A stretch of 64,000 bases of DNA, from the IMG/VR virus record IMGVR_UViG_3300031760_000054, positions 979 to 64,978 of that record. One strand, written 5' to 3'. Shown here one piece after another: positions 18,127-27,606 of the stretch. This DNA comes from a virus. Taxonomy: Duplodnaviria > Caudoviricetes. The notes under the pieces are model-generated. The model did not search any database, had not been told where the DNA came from, and was given only the letters and a program-made list of their open reading frames with translations. Positions within the stretch are counted from its first letter, which is position 1. Each line of letters starts with the position of its first letter. A program made the position numbers and the translations under genes.

Positions 18127-20331
18127 TTACACACGTGCAAGGCACTTGGACGACACGAAACCATGCACATATTTATCATTGGCTTTGATGCGTACATAAT
18201 ACCAGATCACACCGTTTTTCGCCTTGACGGAATCGCAGACGTCGACCAGGTTTCCCTTCGCCAGCTGAGGATATGACTTGATGTTAGGATATTCCGTGCC
18301 TGCATAAACACGGACATTACAGCCGGTCGTTGCTTTTGCCACCCACTTCGGAGATTCATTCAGCTTTCCGGAGCTCTGCTTCGGCTCTTCCTTCGGCTCT
18401 TCCTTGAAACCGGTAAACGCACAATAGAAGGACTTTGCCAGCCACTGGTCAAAGTCCACATTCGTGAACGGCTGCGCACTGTTAATACGATCCTGAGATC
18501 CCATATCGTACTTGCTGCATGTTTTTGTGACGTGATTATAATCTGTCACGACAAATGCGTGCCATGCAGATGTGGGCTGCGCCGTACCGTCAGCCTTGAA
18601 AAGAATGATATCGCCACCCTTGATCTTGCTCTGATCAGTGACCTTCTTAAGCCCCCACTTAGTAAGGTATGTTTCCATATGCCCTACAGTGATACCGCCC
18701 TTAGGCTGGTCGGTGAATCCCAGGTCATACATGGCCTTGGCGATCAGACGATCACAGGAGATGATCTTGTCAGACGTCGGCGGCGTTGCCAGGCTGTTGC
18801 CATAAGAGTAATTTCCCTTGTGTGCCGTCTGGTAGACCGCATCAATCGCGCCGATGAACGTGGCGACAGTGATATCGCTCACCTTCGGAAGCTCCACGAT
18901 CTTCGTCAGATAAGCTCCGGACACAAAGCCATACCCCAGACTGGATTTGACGTAGTACCATTTCTTATCACCGACAGCTGTATAGGATCCATCGCAGGAA
19001 ACTTCTGCGCCGCCTGTCAATGTGCCGATTCTGGTCTTGTCAGTGCCGGCACCGTAGCGGATATTCAAGTCCTCTTTAACTGTATACTTCCCCTGCAGAG
19101 CATTGTCTTTTGAAGCGGGATTGTCAAGCGTCGGAGCTGTCTCTTTTTCAACTTCTGTGCTGTCCCACTTCGGACGACCAACGCCAATGATCCGGGAATC
19201 GGATTTTGCGATTTTCCGGACGGCGACACGGTCCTGGTAGTTACCCTCGGTCACATAATAATAGCTGCCCTCGATCGCAGTAATCGTGCCCACATGCTGC
19301 GCATCAGACGGGTCGTTGTGCCATGTATAATACACCTGGTCTCCGAGCTGTCCCTGCAACCGGGAATACCATCTGCCCTGATTCTTGAACCACTGCATTC
19401 CCACATCACAGTCGCATGTGTTCGGAGCTCCTACCGCCTTGCCTGTCGGATTAAGCCCTACGATGTGCGCCATTACTGACTGAGACGCCATGCACCAGCT
19501 GTCAGACATTGACATCTTATAGGTACCTGCCGGCCGCTGGTCGTTGTATGCCTTGATGATGTCATCGTCTCCATTTGGCTCGACATGGCCTTCCTTTACC
19601 CACTGACCGAGCAGATTGAGTCCTTTCTGAAGCTGGCTCATCGTTTCTCCCTCCTCTTTCTTTTCCACTCCGCCGTATTCCTCTTCGGCGTATTTACGAA
19701 TAAACTCAACACATTTCTGATGCCGGCTCCAATAGATCTTATCCCCGACCTGGTTACTGCTTGATGAATCAGCCTGATCCGCCATCAGGGCGCTCATAAT
19801 GCTGTCGAGGGAATAATTTCCATTGCAGCGGTTAAAGACACGTGTCACAGGGCCTACGCCGCCCAGATGCTGGATCTGCGCCCACATCATCTGGCCGTAT
19901 GTGGTCTTCACACCGAATTTCTCTGCCCTGGTGATGTACTTATTAAGGCGTTCCTGGAATACATACTCGCTCGCCTCATGCCCGGCTTCCGTACCGAGCA
20001 GTTTAATGAGGATTGCTTTTTCTGTGCTGTTCGGGTTCCACCGCATCTCGACCCATGAGGTCGAAAGCTTAGCCTTGATACTTCCGCTTGGGTCACAAGA
20101 TTCAAATACTGCAGGATACTTATCAAATATATACTGTATAAGCTCCTGCGCCTCGTCCCCGTACGCCTGATAAGGTCCAAGGGTGCACGTGTGCTCCCCG
20201 GGAGTGTTAGCGTAGGCTCCGGCGTATGCTGTCCAATCTCTATTCTCACTGTAGATCTGTCCGCCGCTCTCAACGGCAGCTATAATATTGGAAAGAACGT
20301 GTAAATTTTTCTTGTTCATACTTTTCCTCAC
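18127..20331 (-). CDS. Multidomain endolysin (N-terminal glycosidase-like, CHAP, SH3b, NlpC/P60-like, SH3b)
   Basis: SWC...HVG (CHAP); LNIRYGAGT and CNVRVYAGT (SH3b); SCDRL...WHAFVV; follows the holins. Confidence 0.85.
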   Translation of the reverse strand: MRKSMNKKNLHVLSNIIAAVESGGQIYSENRDWTAYAGAYANTPGEHTCTLGPYQAYGDEAQELIQYIFDKYPAVFESCDPSGSIKAKLSTSWVEMRWNPNSTEKAILIKLLGTEAGHEASEYVFQERLNKYITRAEKFGVKTTYGQMMWAQIQHLGGVGPVTRVFNRCNGNYSLDSIMSALMADQADSSSSNQVGDKIYWSRHQKCVEFIRKYAEEEYGGVEKKEEGETMSQLQKGLNLLGQWVKEGHVEPNGDDDIIKAYNDQRPAGTYKMSMSDSWCMASQSVMAHIVGLNPTGKAVGAPNTCDCDVGMQWFKNQGRWYSRLQGQLGDQVYYTWHNDPSDAQHVGTITAIEGSYYYVTEGNYQDRVAVRKIAKSDSRIIGVGRPKWDSTEVEKETAPTLDNPASKDNALQGKYTVKEDLNIRYGAGTDKTRIGTLTGGAEVSCDGSYTAVGDKKWYYVKSSLGYGFVSGAYLTKIVELPKVSDITVATFIGAIDAVYQTAHKGNYSYGNSLATPPTSDKIISCDRLIAKAMYDLGFTDQPKGGITVGHMETYLTKWGLKKVTDQSKIKGGDIILFKADGTAQPTSAWHAFVVTDYNHVTKTCSKYDMGSQDRINSAQPFTNVDFDQWLAKSFYCAFTGFKEEPKEEPKQSSGKLNESPKWVAKATTGCNVRVYAGTEYPNIKSYPQLAKGNLVDVCDSVKAKNGVIWYYVRIKANDKYVHGFVSSKCLARV

Positions 20332-20378
20332 TAAAAAAGCGGAGACCGAAGTCCCCGCCCTGCATTGTTTATTCAGTT

Positions 20379-20819
20379 TTATTCTTCATCTTCGGCAGCT
20401 AACAGCGCTGACAGCTGAGATGCGATTGCCGGATCCGCTGCTACCGGTTCAGAATCATCCGGAATCGATCCGACTGTATCCACGGAAATAAATCCGGAGT
20501 TCATGGTATTGACCGCAGCCTCGACCAGTGTGTTTATCTCGTCATATGTGAGGGCGATCCCGTTGTCGTTGAGCAGTTTTTCAATATATTTGATGGCGAT
20601 CCGCTTTTTATCCTCGCCATGGATGTCTTCCTCGACGGTCTGTTCTACCGCACGCACAACCGCGTCGACGATGTCAACGGCCCACGACCATCTTGTGTTC
20701 CGGAGCTTCGCTTCCACCTCGGCGCGTTTTTCTTCGAGGTACGGGAGAAGTGTCTTGGCTACGATGCCTGCGATCGCTACGATCAGTGCCATGCAGATGT
20801 TGAAAAATAAATTGTTCAT
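20379..20819 (-). CDS. Phage holin (LL-H-like)
   Basis: N-terminal TM helix, VRAVEQT...GEDKK...LVEAAV; upstream of the lysin. Confidence 0.8.
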   Translation of the reverse strand: MNNLFFNICMALIVAIAGIVAKTLLPYLEEKRAEVEAKLRNTRWSWAVDIVDAVVRAVEQTVEEDIHGEDKKRIAIKYIEKLLNDNGIALTYDEINTLVEAAVNTMNSGFISVDTVGSIPDDSEPVAADPAIASQLSALLAAEDEE

Positions 20820-20831
20820 GTAAAACCCTCC

Positions 20832-21272
20832 TTAAATTCTGTGTTCCTGCAGGAGCTTTTTGTGAAGGTCCCGGAGATAGGAAGAATTCTCCTCTATCAC
20901 TCCGTTCGCGATCTCATGCTTGCTGCAGAATGTCTCGTATCGTTTGATGATATCCAATATATGGTTCCATTCTTCTCTGCTATGCGACATATCCTGCGAG
21001 CATTCACGTGAGAACCGCAGGATTGCCTCGCGCTGGTAATCAATCCAGAACTCCCGGAACTCTTCCTTCTGGACGTTGCTCTGCTGGCTGACAGCATCAA
21101 GCTGCTTTTTTACGCCGGCATTGATCTTAGACCCGATCCATCCCAGGATAGTATCCCACGGATTGATTTTTATGGGTGCAATCTGAACGAGCGAGAGGAA
21201 CACTGCAAGGATAATGAACATTCCTGCGCCCGGTGAGATATGGAGCATAGTGAGCAAATCATTTAGGGACAA
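20832..21272 (-). CDS. Holin-associated membrane protein
   Basis: LVQIAPIKINPW...ILRFSREC...YETFC..H...NGVIE, typical lysis-cassette family. Confidence 0.75.
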   Translation of the reverse strand: MSLNDLLTMLHISPGAGMFIILAVFLSLVQIAPIKINPWDTILGWIGSKINAGVKKQLDAVSQQSNVQKEEFREFWIDYQREAILRFSRECSQDMSHSREEWNHILDIIKRYETFCSKHEIANGVIEENSSYLRDLHKKLLQEHRI

Positions 21273-21404
21273 TGGCCTTAATCTCCTTTCTAAATTAACA
21301 TGCAGTAATCTTGTCGTTTTCTAATGTTACGGTGCGTCTCTTGAATAAGACATGAACATCACCTCCGTAAAATAAAAAAGGAGCGATATACGCTCCATGT
21401 CAGT

Positions 21405-22415
21405 TTACTTCCCTATATAGCGCCTGTGATCAGCTTTAACCTTTTCCTTGTTCACATGCGCGTAATGCATTGTGGTCTTTATATCCATGTGCCCGAGCAT
21501 AGCCTGAACACTTTCGACTGGCATATCTTTCTCAATCGCTCTGGTCGCTACAGTGTGGCGGAATCGATGCGGGATAATATTCTGTACCCCGCTTTCAAAA
21601 GACAAGCTGTGAAGGCATCTGCGCACCGCAGGGGCACCTATTCGTTGAAACGGTTTCTTCTTCGATACGAACAGCGCCTCGCAGTCATCTGTCCTTGAAT
21701 CAAGATACTTCCGGATGCTTACCACAGCCCTTGCATCTATATAAGCAGTCCGCCACTTCCCGCCTTTCCCATAGACAACTAGCTCACGGTTTTCAAGATC
21801 TACATCTTCAATATTAAGGCCTACGCACTCAGATACTCGTATCCCGGATGATGCCAGTAGATCTACGATCGCTATATCCCGCTCAGACATGCATGCATCA
21901 CGTATCTTCTCGATATCCGTATCCTCATATTGTTCCCTGGGCTTTGAGTGCGCTTTCTCGCGTTTGATTCTTACGGACGGGTCCTTTGCGATGTATTCCT
22001 CTTCGTACAACCACCGGAAAAATGACTTAATGATACTCTTCCGCTGGTTCATCGTTTCCGCGCTGAGCTTCTTTCCGGTCTTCCTGTTCACGGATATATG
22101 CTGCAGATACATGCGGATATGGTTCACTGTGATCGCATCCAGAGGAATTCGGAGGAAATACAGCATGTCCTCAATACAGAGGCAATACTGCTCCCGCGAT
22201 CGCAAAGATAACTTGCCGTCCTGCTCCTTTGATGCGATGTACACATGATACGCTTGCGGAAGGCAGTATTCAGTTACGGCCAGTTCCGTAGTGATGGGCA
22301 CTATCGTAAACCCAAGCGTGTAGATATAGAGCACTTCTTTGATCTGTCTGATCTGCTCAGGTGTGAAATATGGTTCTAGCTTAAGGCTGAAACCATCAAC
22401 AAATGAATCTGACAT
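21405..22415 (-). CDS. XerD-like tyrosine recombinase (candidate invertase)
   Basis: Complete catalytic set SSGIRVSE, GKGGK, HRFR, LGH, TTMHY; ATG 22415 after GGGAGGG; adjacent to the left inverted repeat. Confidence 0.92.
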   Translation of the reverse strand: MSDSFVDGFSLKLEPYFTPEQIRQIKEVLYIYTLGFTIVPITTELAVTEYCLPQAYHVYIASKEQDGKLSLRSREQYCLCIEDMLYFLRIPLDAITVNHIRMYLQHISVNRKTGKKLSAETMNQRKSIIKSFFRWLYEEEYIAKDPSVRIKREKAHSKPREQYEDTDIEKIRDACMSERDIAIVDLLASSGIRVSECVGLNIEDVDLENRELVVYGKGGKWRTAYIDARAVVSIRKYLDSRTDDCEALFVSKKKPFQRIGAPAVRRCLHSLSFESGVQNIIPHRFRHTVATRAIEKDMPVESVQAMLGHMDIKTTMHYAHVNKEKVKADHRRYIGK

Positions 22416-22600
22416 AAACGTCCCTCCCTGTGTATTATTCGGGAGGGTAAACCTGAATATCCGGAGACAAAAAAAGCACCCCTGCATCAATGATAAAGCT
22501 CAACTGATACCACCTGCAACAATATATAGATTTCATCCAGAGAGTGCAGAAATCATGTCGGATTGTGCAGCACTGTCTCCCGGATCCGGACGCCATTTAG

Positions 22601-22712
22601 TTCCTTAAAGAGCAATTTAGGTAACATCGCGAACCTCGATACATCGGTAAAGACCAGTATCGTCGACGCGATCAACGCAGCCCAGGCTGATATAGACGAT
22701 GCAAAGGCTGAT
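22601..22712 (+). repeat. Left inverted repeat (IR-B) with core TTCCTTAAA-GAGCAA-TTTAGGTAA
   Basis: Matches the reverse complement of 28560..28671 at 103 of 112 positions. Confidence 0.95.
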
Positions 22713-23846
22713 TTAGGCGACTTGACGGAGCTTAAAACAGAGACAAAAACGGACTTGGTATCTGCAATCAACGAAGCATCCCAAAGCGGGTTATCTGATG
22801 CGGTTAAAAGAGCCTTATTAAATTGTTTTGCGAATATCCCGTGGTTTGGTGGCGAAGGATCGGAGTATTATAATGCGCTCGAAAGTGCTTTATACGAGAA
22901 CCTTCCGATTATCTATTTTGTCAGGGGACGCGGCACCTCTGGCGCGTCAGTCGTGCGCAATGAAAAGCGGGCAATGTCAGAGTTCATTCCATTCGTAAAT
23001 GAAATTCCGATAACGATTAGACTGGAATTAAAAGGAAATGCGTTTTCCTTCATAGGAAAATTCGCAAATACAGAGTATGGTTTTATGGTGGATACTAACA
23101 TAAAAACAAATGATGGAAATAATAGCGGATTTTACGATGAAGATAATCATTATGGAGTTTTTGCTTTTAGGAACAGCGACAAACAGTTTACTTTCGAAGA
23201 CTATACAAGTCACAATCCCAAATTTATGCAAAGCGCTTTATCCGGAGAGACCGTTGGCGATCATTTTTGTATTGTTCTCGCGGATGCTGATGACCAAAAC
23301 AATCCACTGCCGGAAACGCCTATTTCTGGATTTCTTGAAGTTCAGGGACGTACGTATAAAATACAAGAAGAGGATTATCAGGTAATAGAAGTCGTTAAAG
23401 GCAAAGGCACATCTGGGCAAAACATAGTTGATGTGGCCAATAGAGCATTGTCTGACCCAATCCCATTTAACAATACCGCACCAATTACGGTACAGATAAG
23501 TTTGGACGGGGACGCATATTTGTATAATTTCAAGTTCACAGACACCAATAACGCTATCATTCCGACCGAAAATGTACGCACTCCCAATAGCATAATCGGA
23601 TATTTTTATGATAATACGGCGAGCGTCGGTGGATGGGGGGAGAAGAGGCGCCCGCTCACGTTCAAAGAAAACGGGACATTGGAGCCGAGTATTTTGGGAA
23701 CGAGCTCAGACGGGCAAGTGCCTAACGGTCATTTCCGCCTAGTTTTTGCAAACGCTAATGACCCATCTGATTCCCTTCCGGAAGCTCCAATATCTGGAGT
23801 GGTAACTGTTCAGGGCATAAAGTATAAATTAACAACAAGTGATTAA
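22601..23846 (+). CDS. Silent alternative cassette B of the tail-associated protein (no strong start of its own)
   Basis: SLKSNLGNIANLDTSVKTSIVDAINAAQADIDDAKAD identical to cassette A; two tandem ~140-aa repeats follow. Confidence 0.8.
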
Positions 23847-23863
23847 TCTATCTGGAGGACATT

Positions 23864-25117
23864 ATGATTTTATATGATTACAAAGGCAATGTTTGGCCGG
23901 ATGTTGATGTGTTTAATTATATGGACTATGAATATAAAAACACTTGGTATAATGCATACACCGGGCTGAAAGTATTGTATCTGAATGGCGACACAGAAGG
24001 AATGAGCGGCGATGTCAAAAAAAATATGTCGTGGTCGTTTGATGGAAACTCTGGAACATGCACTGTCAAGTGGCAGGGCTCGTCTTCTCTTACATTTCCA
24101 AAGCACAACTACTCTATAAGCCTTGGAGCTAAAACAGATTGGGGAAATGCTTGGGGGCGTACTAAATGGGGAGCACAGAAAAAATACGTTTTAAAATCGT
24201 TTTACAATGATTTTTCGCATTCAGTATATATGTGTTCTGCGAGGTTATGGGGCGAAGTTGTACAGCATCGTGGAGAGACGAATGTTCCTGTGCAAATGTG
24301 GAACTCATTAAATTATGGTGCGGTTGATGGCTTCCCGGTTATGCTTATTATTAATGGTGAATATGTCGGCTTATATACCATTATGACCCATAAAGAAATA
24401 ACAACCAATGTTGATGATACAAATGGTTATTATATTATAGGACAGATAAACGATCACACAAGAAGCTTGGCAACATCATTTAGCGCACACACATCTGCCG
24501 CAAACTTGGCGGCTGAAGCAGATTTCGAATGCGTAAATTCCCCTGACGAAGATGATTTGTCTGATGTTGTTGCGTCGATTAATAGTTGCATTGATGCAGT
24601 TATATCTGCTGGGAGCAACTGGCAGAACACTCTTGCAAATTATATTGACGTAAACGCAGCCTTTGACTATTACATCTTCAGAGCTTTGCTTGGCGATGGT
24701 GACGGGGTAACAAAAAATCAGGGACTTGTCTGTTATGATGGAACTAAATGGATTCATACAGTATACGACTTAGACCATGCGTTTGCCGGAGCTGGCACCG
24801 GATCAGACCACAGGTCGCCTGAAAGCAACAACTGGGAGAGATATAAAACGGATAATAGAGTTTTTGACTTGATATATACCTACTCACTCCCAGAGTTTAA
24901 AGAACGGTATCACGATCTTAGGGATAGTGTTCTTAGAGAAGCGAATGTATATAATATATTTGCCAACTATATCAATGACATTCCCTTTGGCCTGTATGTT
25001 CAGGAAGATAAGCTGTGGCCACATATTCCAAACAGCAGTACAGCATCTTTACATCAGATAGCAGACTGGTATCGCCTGAGATGCCAGTGGAGCGATGCAT
25101 ATATAGATGCTTTGTAA
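23864..25117 (+). CDS. CotH-family kinase, cassette B
   Basis: VKWQGSSSLTFPKHNYSI, YVLKSFYND, LGDGDGVTKN, VYDLDHAF. Confidence 0.85.
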   Translation: MILYDYKGNVWPDVDVFNYMDYEYKNTWYNAYTGLKVLYLNGDTEGMSGDVKKNMSWSFDGNSGTCTVKWQGSSSLTFPKHNYSISLGAKTDWGNAWGRTKWGAQKKYVLKSFYNDFSHSVYMCSARLWGEVVQHRGETNVPVQMWNSLNYGAVDGFPVMLIINGEYVGLYTIMTHKEITTNVDDTNGYYIIGQINDHTRSLATSFSAHTSAANLAAEADFECVNSPDEDDLSDVVASINSCIDAVISAGSNWQNTLANYIDVNAAFDYYIFRALLGDGDGVTKNQGLVCYDGTKWIHTVYDLDHAFAGAGTGSDHRSPESNNWERYKTDNRVFDLIYTYSLPEFKERYHDLRDSVLREANVYNIFANYINDIPFGLYVQEDKLWPHIPNSSTASLHQIADWYRLRCQWSDAYIDAL

Positions 25118-25211
25118 ACTAAACGCCCGGATGCAAGTATACGCAATGACATTGTATGGCAGATCAAAAAGAGTGAGTGCGCTCATGATTACTGTGTGGG
25201 CGTTTAGTTTG

Positions 25212-26288
25212 CTAAATAAGCTCTATATATTCAGTGACTTTTGAGATTAAGACATTGTATTTAAATGCCTTTTTCAGAATTTCAATGATAACAGAAATGC
25301 AGAGAGATATAGACAGCAACACAAGGATTATTAAGGCAAAATACTTCCACGAATATGTGAAATTTCTAAAATAGTACAGCCTTATAAAAGTATGCGTCAT
25401 GTATATATTTGCCGAATGCGCCCCCAAAAACGCTAATATGCTTTTCAGGTAAGGAATAACGAATTCAACGCAGAACAATACTATTAAGACCGGGAGCAGC
25501 CCATAATGATAATCCCATAATTTTTCAATCGGGATATAGAAATATACCTTATACAAGGCCATCAGCACCCATAGCTCTGCAATACATTTATATGCTTTCG
25601 TTAGGCGGGTCTTGCTTCCGATTAGTGCCCATTTGTCGAATAGATTGTTTTCAGCAAATAGACATCCGAACAGAAACGCAGTCAAAAAGGCATATACTGA
25701 GTTATGGCCTGTGAATGGTTCCATTGGAAGAATCCGTATAAATACAATTTCCGATATCAAAAACAGCCATATGTACTCTTTACACTTATATACAATCGGA
25801 ATGAGTATGATGAACACGAACGCCGCGCTCATATACCACCAATTTCCATTCATTGACGGAGTTCTAAAAATAGTAGATAGCCCACAGAAATCAATTAAAG
25901 CGTAAATGATACCAGCTACTCCCTTGCCGTATGTGTTTATATATCTTCCATCTGCAATTTGAAAAACGATTGCACAAAGTACCCACACAAACCAATAGCC
26001 TGAAAATGACCTTATGTATCTTAAAGCAATCCACTTTTTATCGTCTGTTGTTTTGCCTGAATAGCTCTTGAATAGTCCATATCCCGAGATAAATGCAAAT
26101 ATCGACACGCAGACCTTACAGACGAAGGCAATATTTACAATGGTATTTTCATGAAAAGGAAAGAAGCTCACATTAAATCCGTCATAAACTGCTTTCTCTC
26201 GGAAACAATGAAAGAGAAGCATCATAATAATTGCTATCCCTTTCATTGCTAACGATTCTTTTTTTGCAAATGTCGGCCCTGCTATCAT
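25212..26288 (-). CDS. Acyltransferase family 3 (membrane O-acyltransferase), moron
   Basis: MKGIAIIMMLLFH, FAFISGYGL, WWYM, multiple TM helices, AT-rich. Confidence 0.9.
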   Translation of the reverse strand: MIAGPTFAKKESLAMKGIAIIMMLLFHCFREKAVYDGFNVSFFPFHENTIVNIAFVCKVCVSIFAFISGYGLFKSYSGKTTDDKKWIALRYIRSFSGYWFVWVLCAIVFQIADGRYINTYGKGVAGIIYALIDFCGLSTIFRTPSMNGNWWYMSAAFVFIILIPIVYKCKEYIWLFLISEIVFIRILPMEPFTGHNSVYAFLTAFLFGCLFAENNLFDKWALIGSKTRLTKAYKCIAELWVLMALYKVYFYIPIEKLWDYHYGLLPVLIVLFCVEFVIPYLKSILAFLGAHSANIYMTHTFIRLYYFRNFTYSWKYFALIILVLLSISLCISVIIEILKKAFKYNVLISKVTEYIELI

Positions 26289-26319
26289 TTTCGTTTCCCC
26301 TGCTATAGTTTTTTTTATT

Positions 26320-26347
26320 ATTATACATCAGGAGAAAGCGATATCAA
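26320..26347 (-). promoter_or_regulatory. Own promoter of the acyltransferase gene
   Basis: Minus-strand TTGATA-16 bp-TATAAT upstream of a GGGG RBS. Confidence 0.6.
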
Positions 26348-26355
26348 TTTAGATT

Positions 26356-27606
26356 TTATGTGCTGTATCCATATTTAGTGTCACAATACGCCAGTCTTTC
26401 AGTAATCCACGTTCCGCACTGTGTAATATCCCATTCGGGATGTAGCTTTTCATTCCATTTCTGGTTTTCGTGCGCAAAGTTGTCCGCACCCCACTGGTCA
26501 CGATAAGCCGTGAAGTAGCCTATGATTGTCTGCGCATCAGTGAATACTGTCTGTCTCAGCTTTGCGTAAATCTCACACAGCGCCGTGTAATCTGTTGCAT
26601 AGAGCTTGTCCCATATCGGATTGTACTTATGTGCCCATTCCTGTGTTTTTGACAGCGCGATTAAATCAACGTTAGACGGATACAGCGGAGGATTCCAACC
26701 AAAAATAATGTCCGCATCGTACCAAAGCACGTACCACTTGTTTCCGTCCCAGCTGGCCCATGTGCTATTATTAACCATACTGTCACCGGCTCCGGCTATA
26801 TCCATCATTAGCCAGTAGTACCTGAGTGAATCAAGGTCAAAATAATCCTCAACATCGGCTGAGAACTCTGCATTTGTGCAGGTCTTTGTCCAGTTTACCA
26901 TTCTTGTGAGTTTTTCAATCTGGTAGGCTATCGGATCGTCATGTATTCTGTCTTCAAAATACTGCACTTCCCATCCATCATTAGACGGTCTAAAGCACAT
27001 GTGATTTTCGTTAGACTCATCCATAGCGAACAGGTCAGCATTCTGTGACAGATTCCAAGTGTAGCACCCCCACCACTCATTATTGATATAGAGTATGATC
27101 GGGAAAGAATCAACCACACCTCTAGCGTTATTCGGATACAGATTCGGGTATATCTTCCGTCCAAGCTGGACACCTACGACGTTTCGCACAAGTGAATAAT
27201 CGCCATAGTTGGCTTTAATGTGATAGCCATTAGTCGGAAACCAGTCCTTGAAAGACATAATTACCTTGTTTCCGTTTCCGTCAATGAACTTGATATTGTA
27301 GTTCTTTTTCGGATAGTTCAGTGAACTCTGTCCCTGCCACTTCGTTTTAGCCTTACATTTAAAAGAGCGCACTCCGTCAGTAAATTCTGCATCGAGCGTT
27401 ACAGCCTTATCCTTTGTCATTTTGGATGTGTCGCCCGTGAGCCGCAAAACAGGCAGAGTGAACTCAGTATCGTGCATTCCTTCGAGTGCTGTGATTCTGG
27501 CAGAATCAAGTGATAGAAGATTCTTAATATCTATCATGAGAGCATCCTTCTGTGCATCTCCACCCACCGTTACGGGATTGCCACTTCTATCATAATATAC
27601 AGGCAT
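26356..27606 (-). CDS. CotH-family kinase, cassette A
   Basis: KWQGQSSLNYPKKNYNIK, YHIKANYGD, GAGDSMVNN, WYDADIIFG. Confidence 0.85.
   Translation of the reverse strand: MPVYYDRSGNPVTVGGDAQKDALMIDIKNLLSLDSARITALEGMHDTEFTLPVLRLTGDTSKMTKDKAVTLDAEFTDGVRSFKCKAKTKWQGQSSLNYPKKNYNIKFIDGNGNKVIMSFKDWFPTNGYHIKANYGDYSLVRNVVGVQLGRKIYPNLYPNNARGVVDSFPIILYINNEWWGCYTWNLSQNADLFAMDESNENHMCFRPSNDGWEVQYFEDRIHDDPIAYQIEKLTRMVNWTKTCTNAEFSADVEDYFDLDSLRYYWLMMDIAGAGDSMVNNSTWASWDGNKWYVLWYDADIIFGWNPPLYPSNVDLIALSKTQEWAHKYNPIWDKLYATDYTALCEIYAKLRQTVFTDAQTIIGYFTAYRDQWGADNFAHENQKWNEKLHPEWDITQCGTWITERLAYCDTKYGYST

Noticed and set aside
21290-21335. Partial matches to the inversion core (CTAAATT, ATGTTAC) downstream of the recombinase
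   Set aside because: Short, non-contiguous matches expected by chance in AT-rich DNA
22563-22600. ORF-track start (MCSTVSRIRTPF) for cassette B
   Set aside because: No convincing RBS; homology to cassette A begins only at the inverted repeat, so this is probably read-through upstream of the recombination site
26338-26356. Possible third recombination site (CAATTTAG)
   Set aside because: Only 8 nt match; no dyad left arm; overlaps the acyltransferase -35 region
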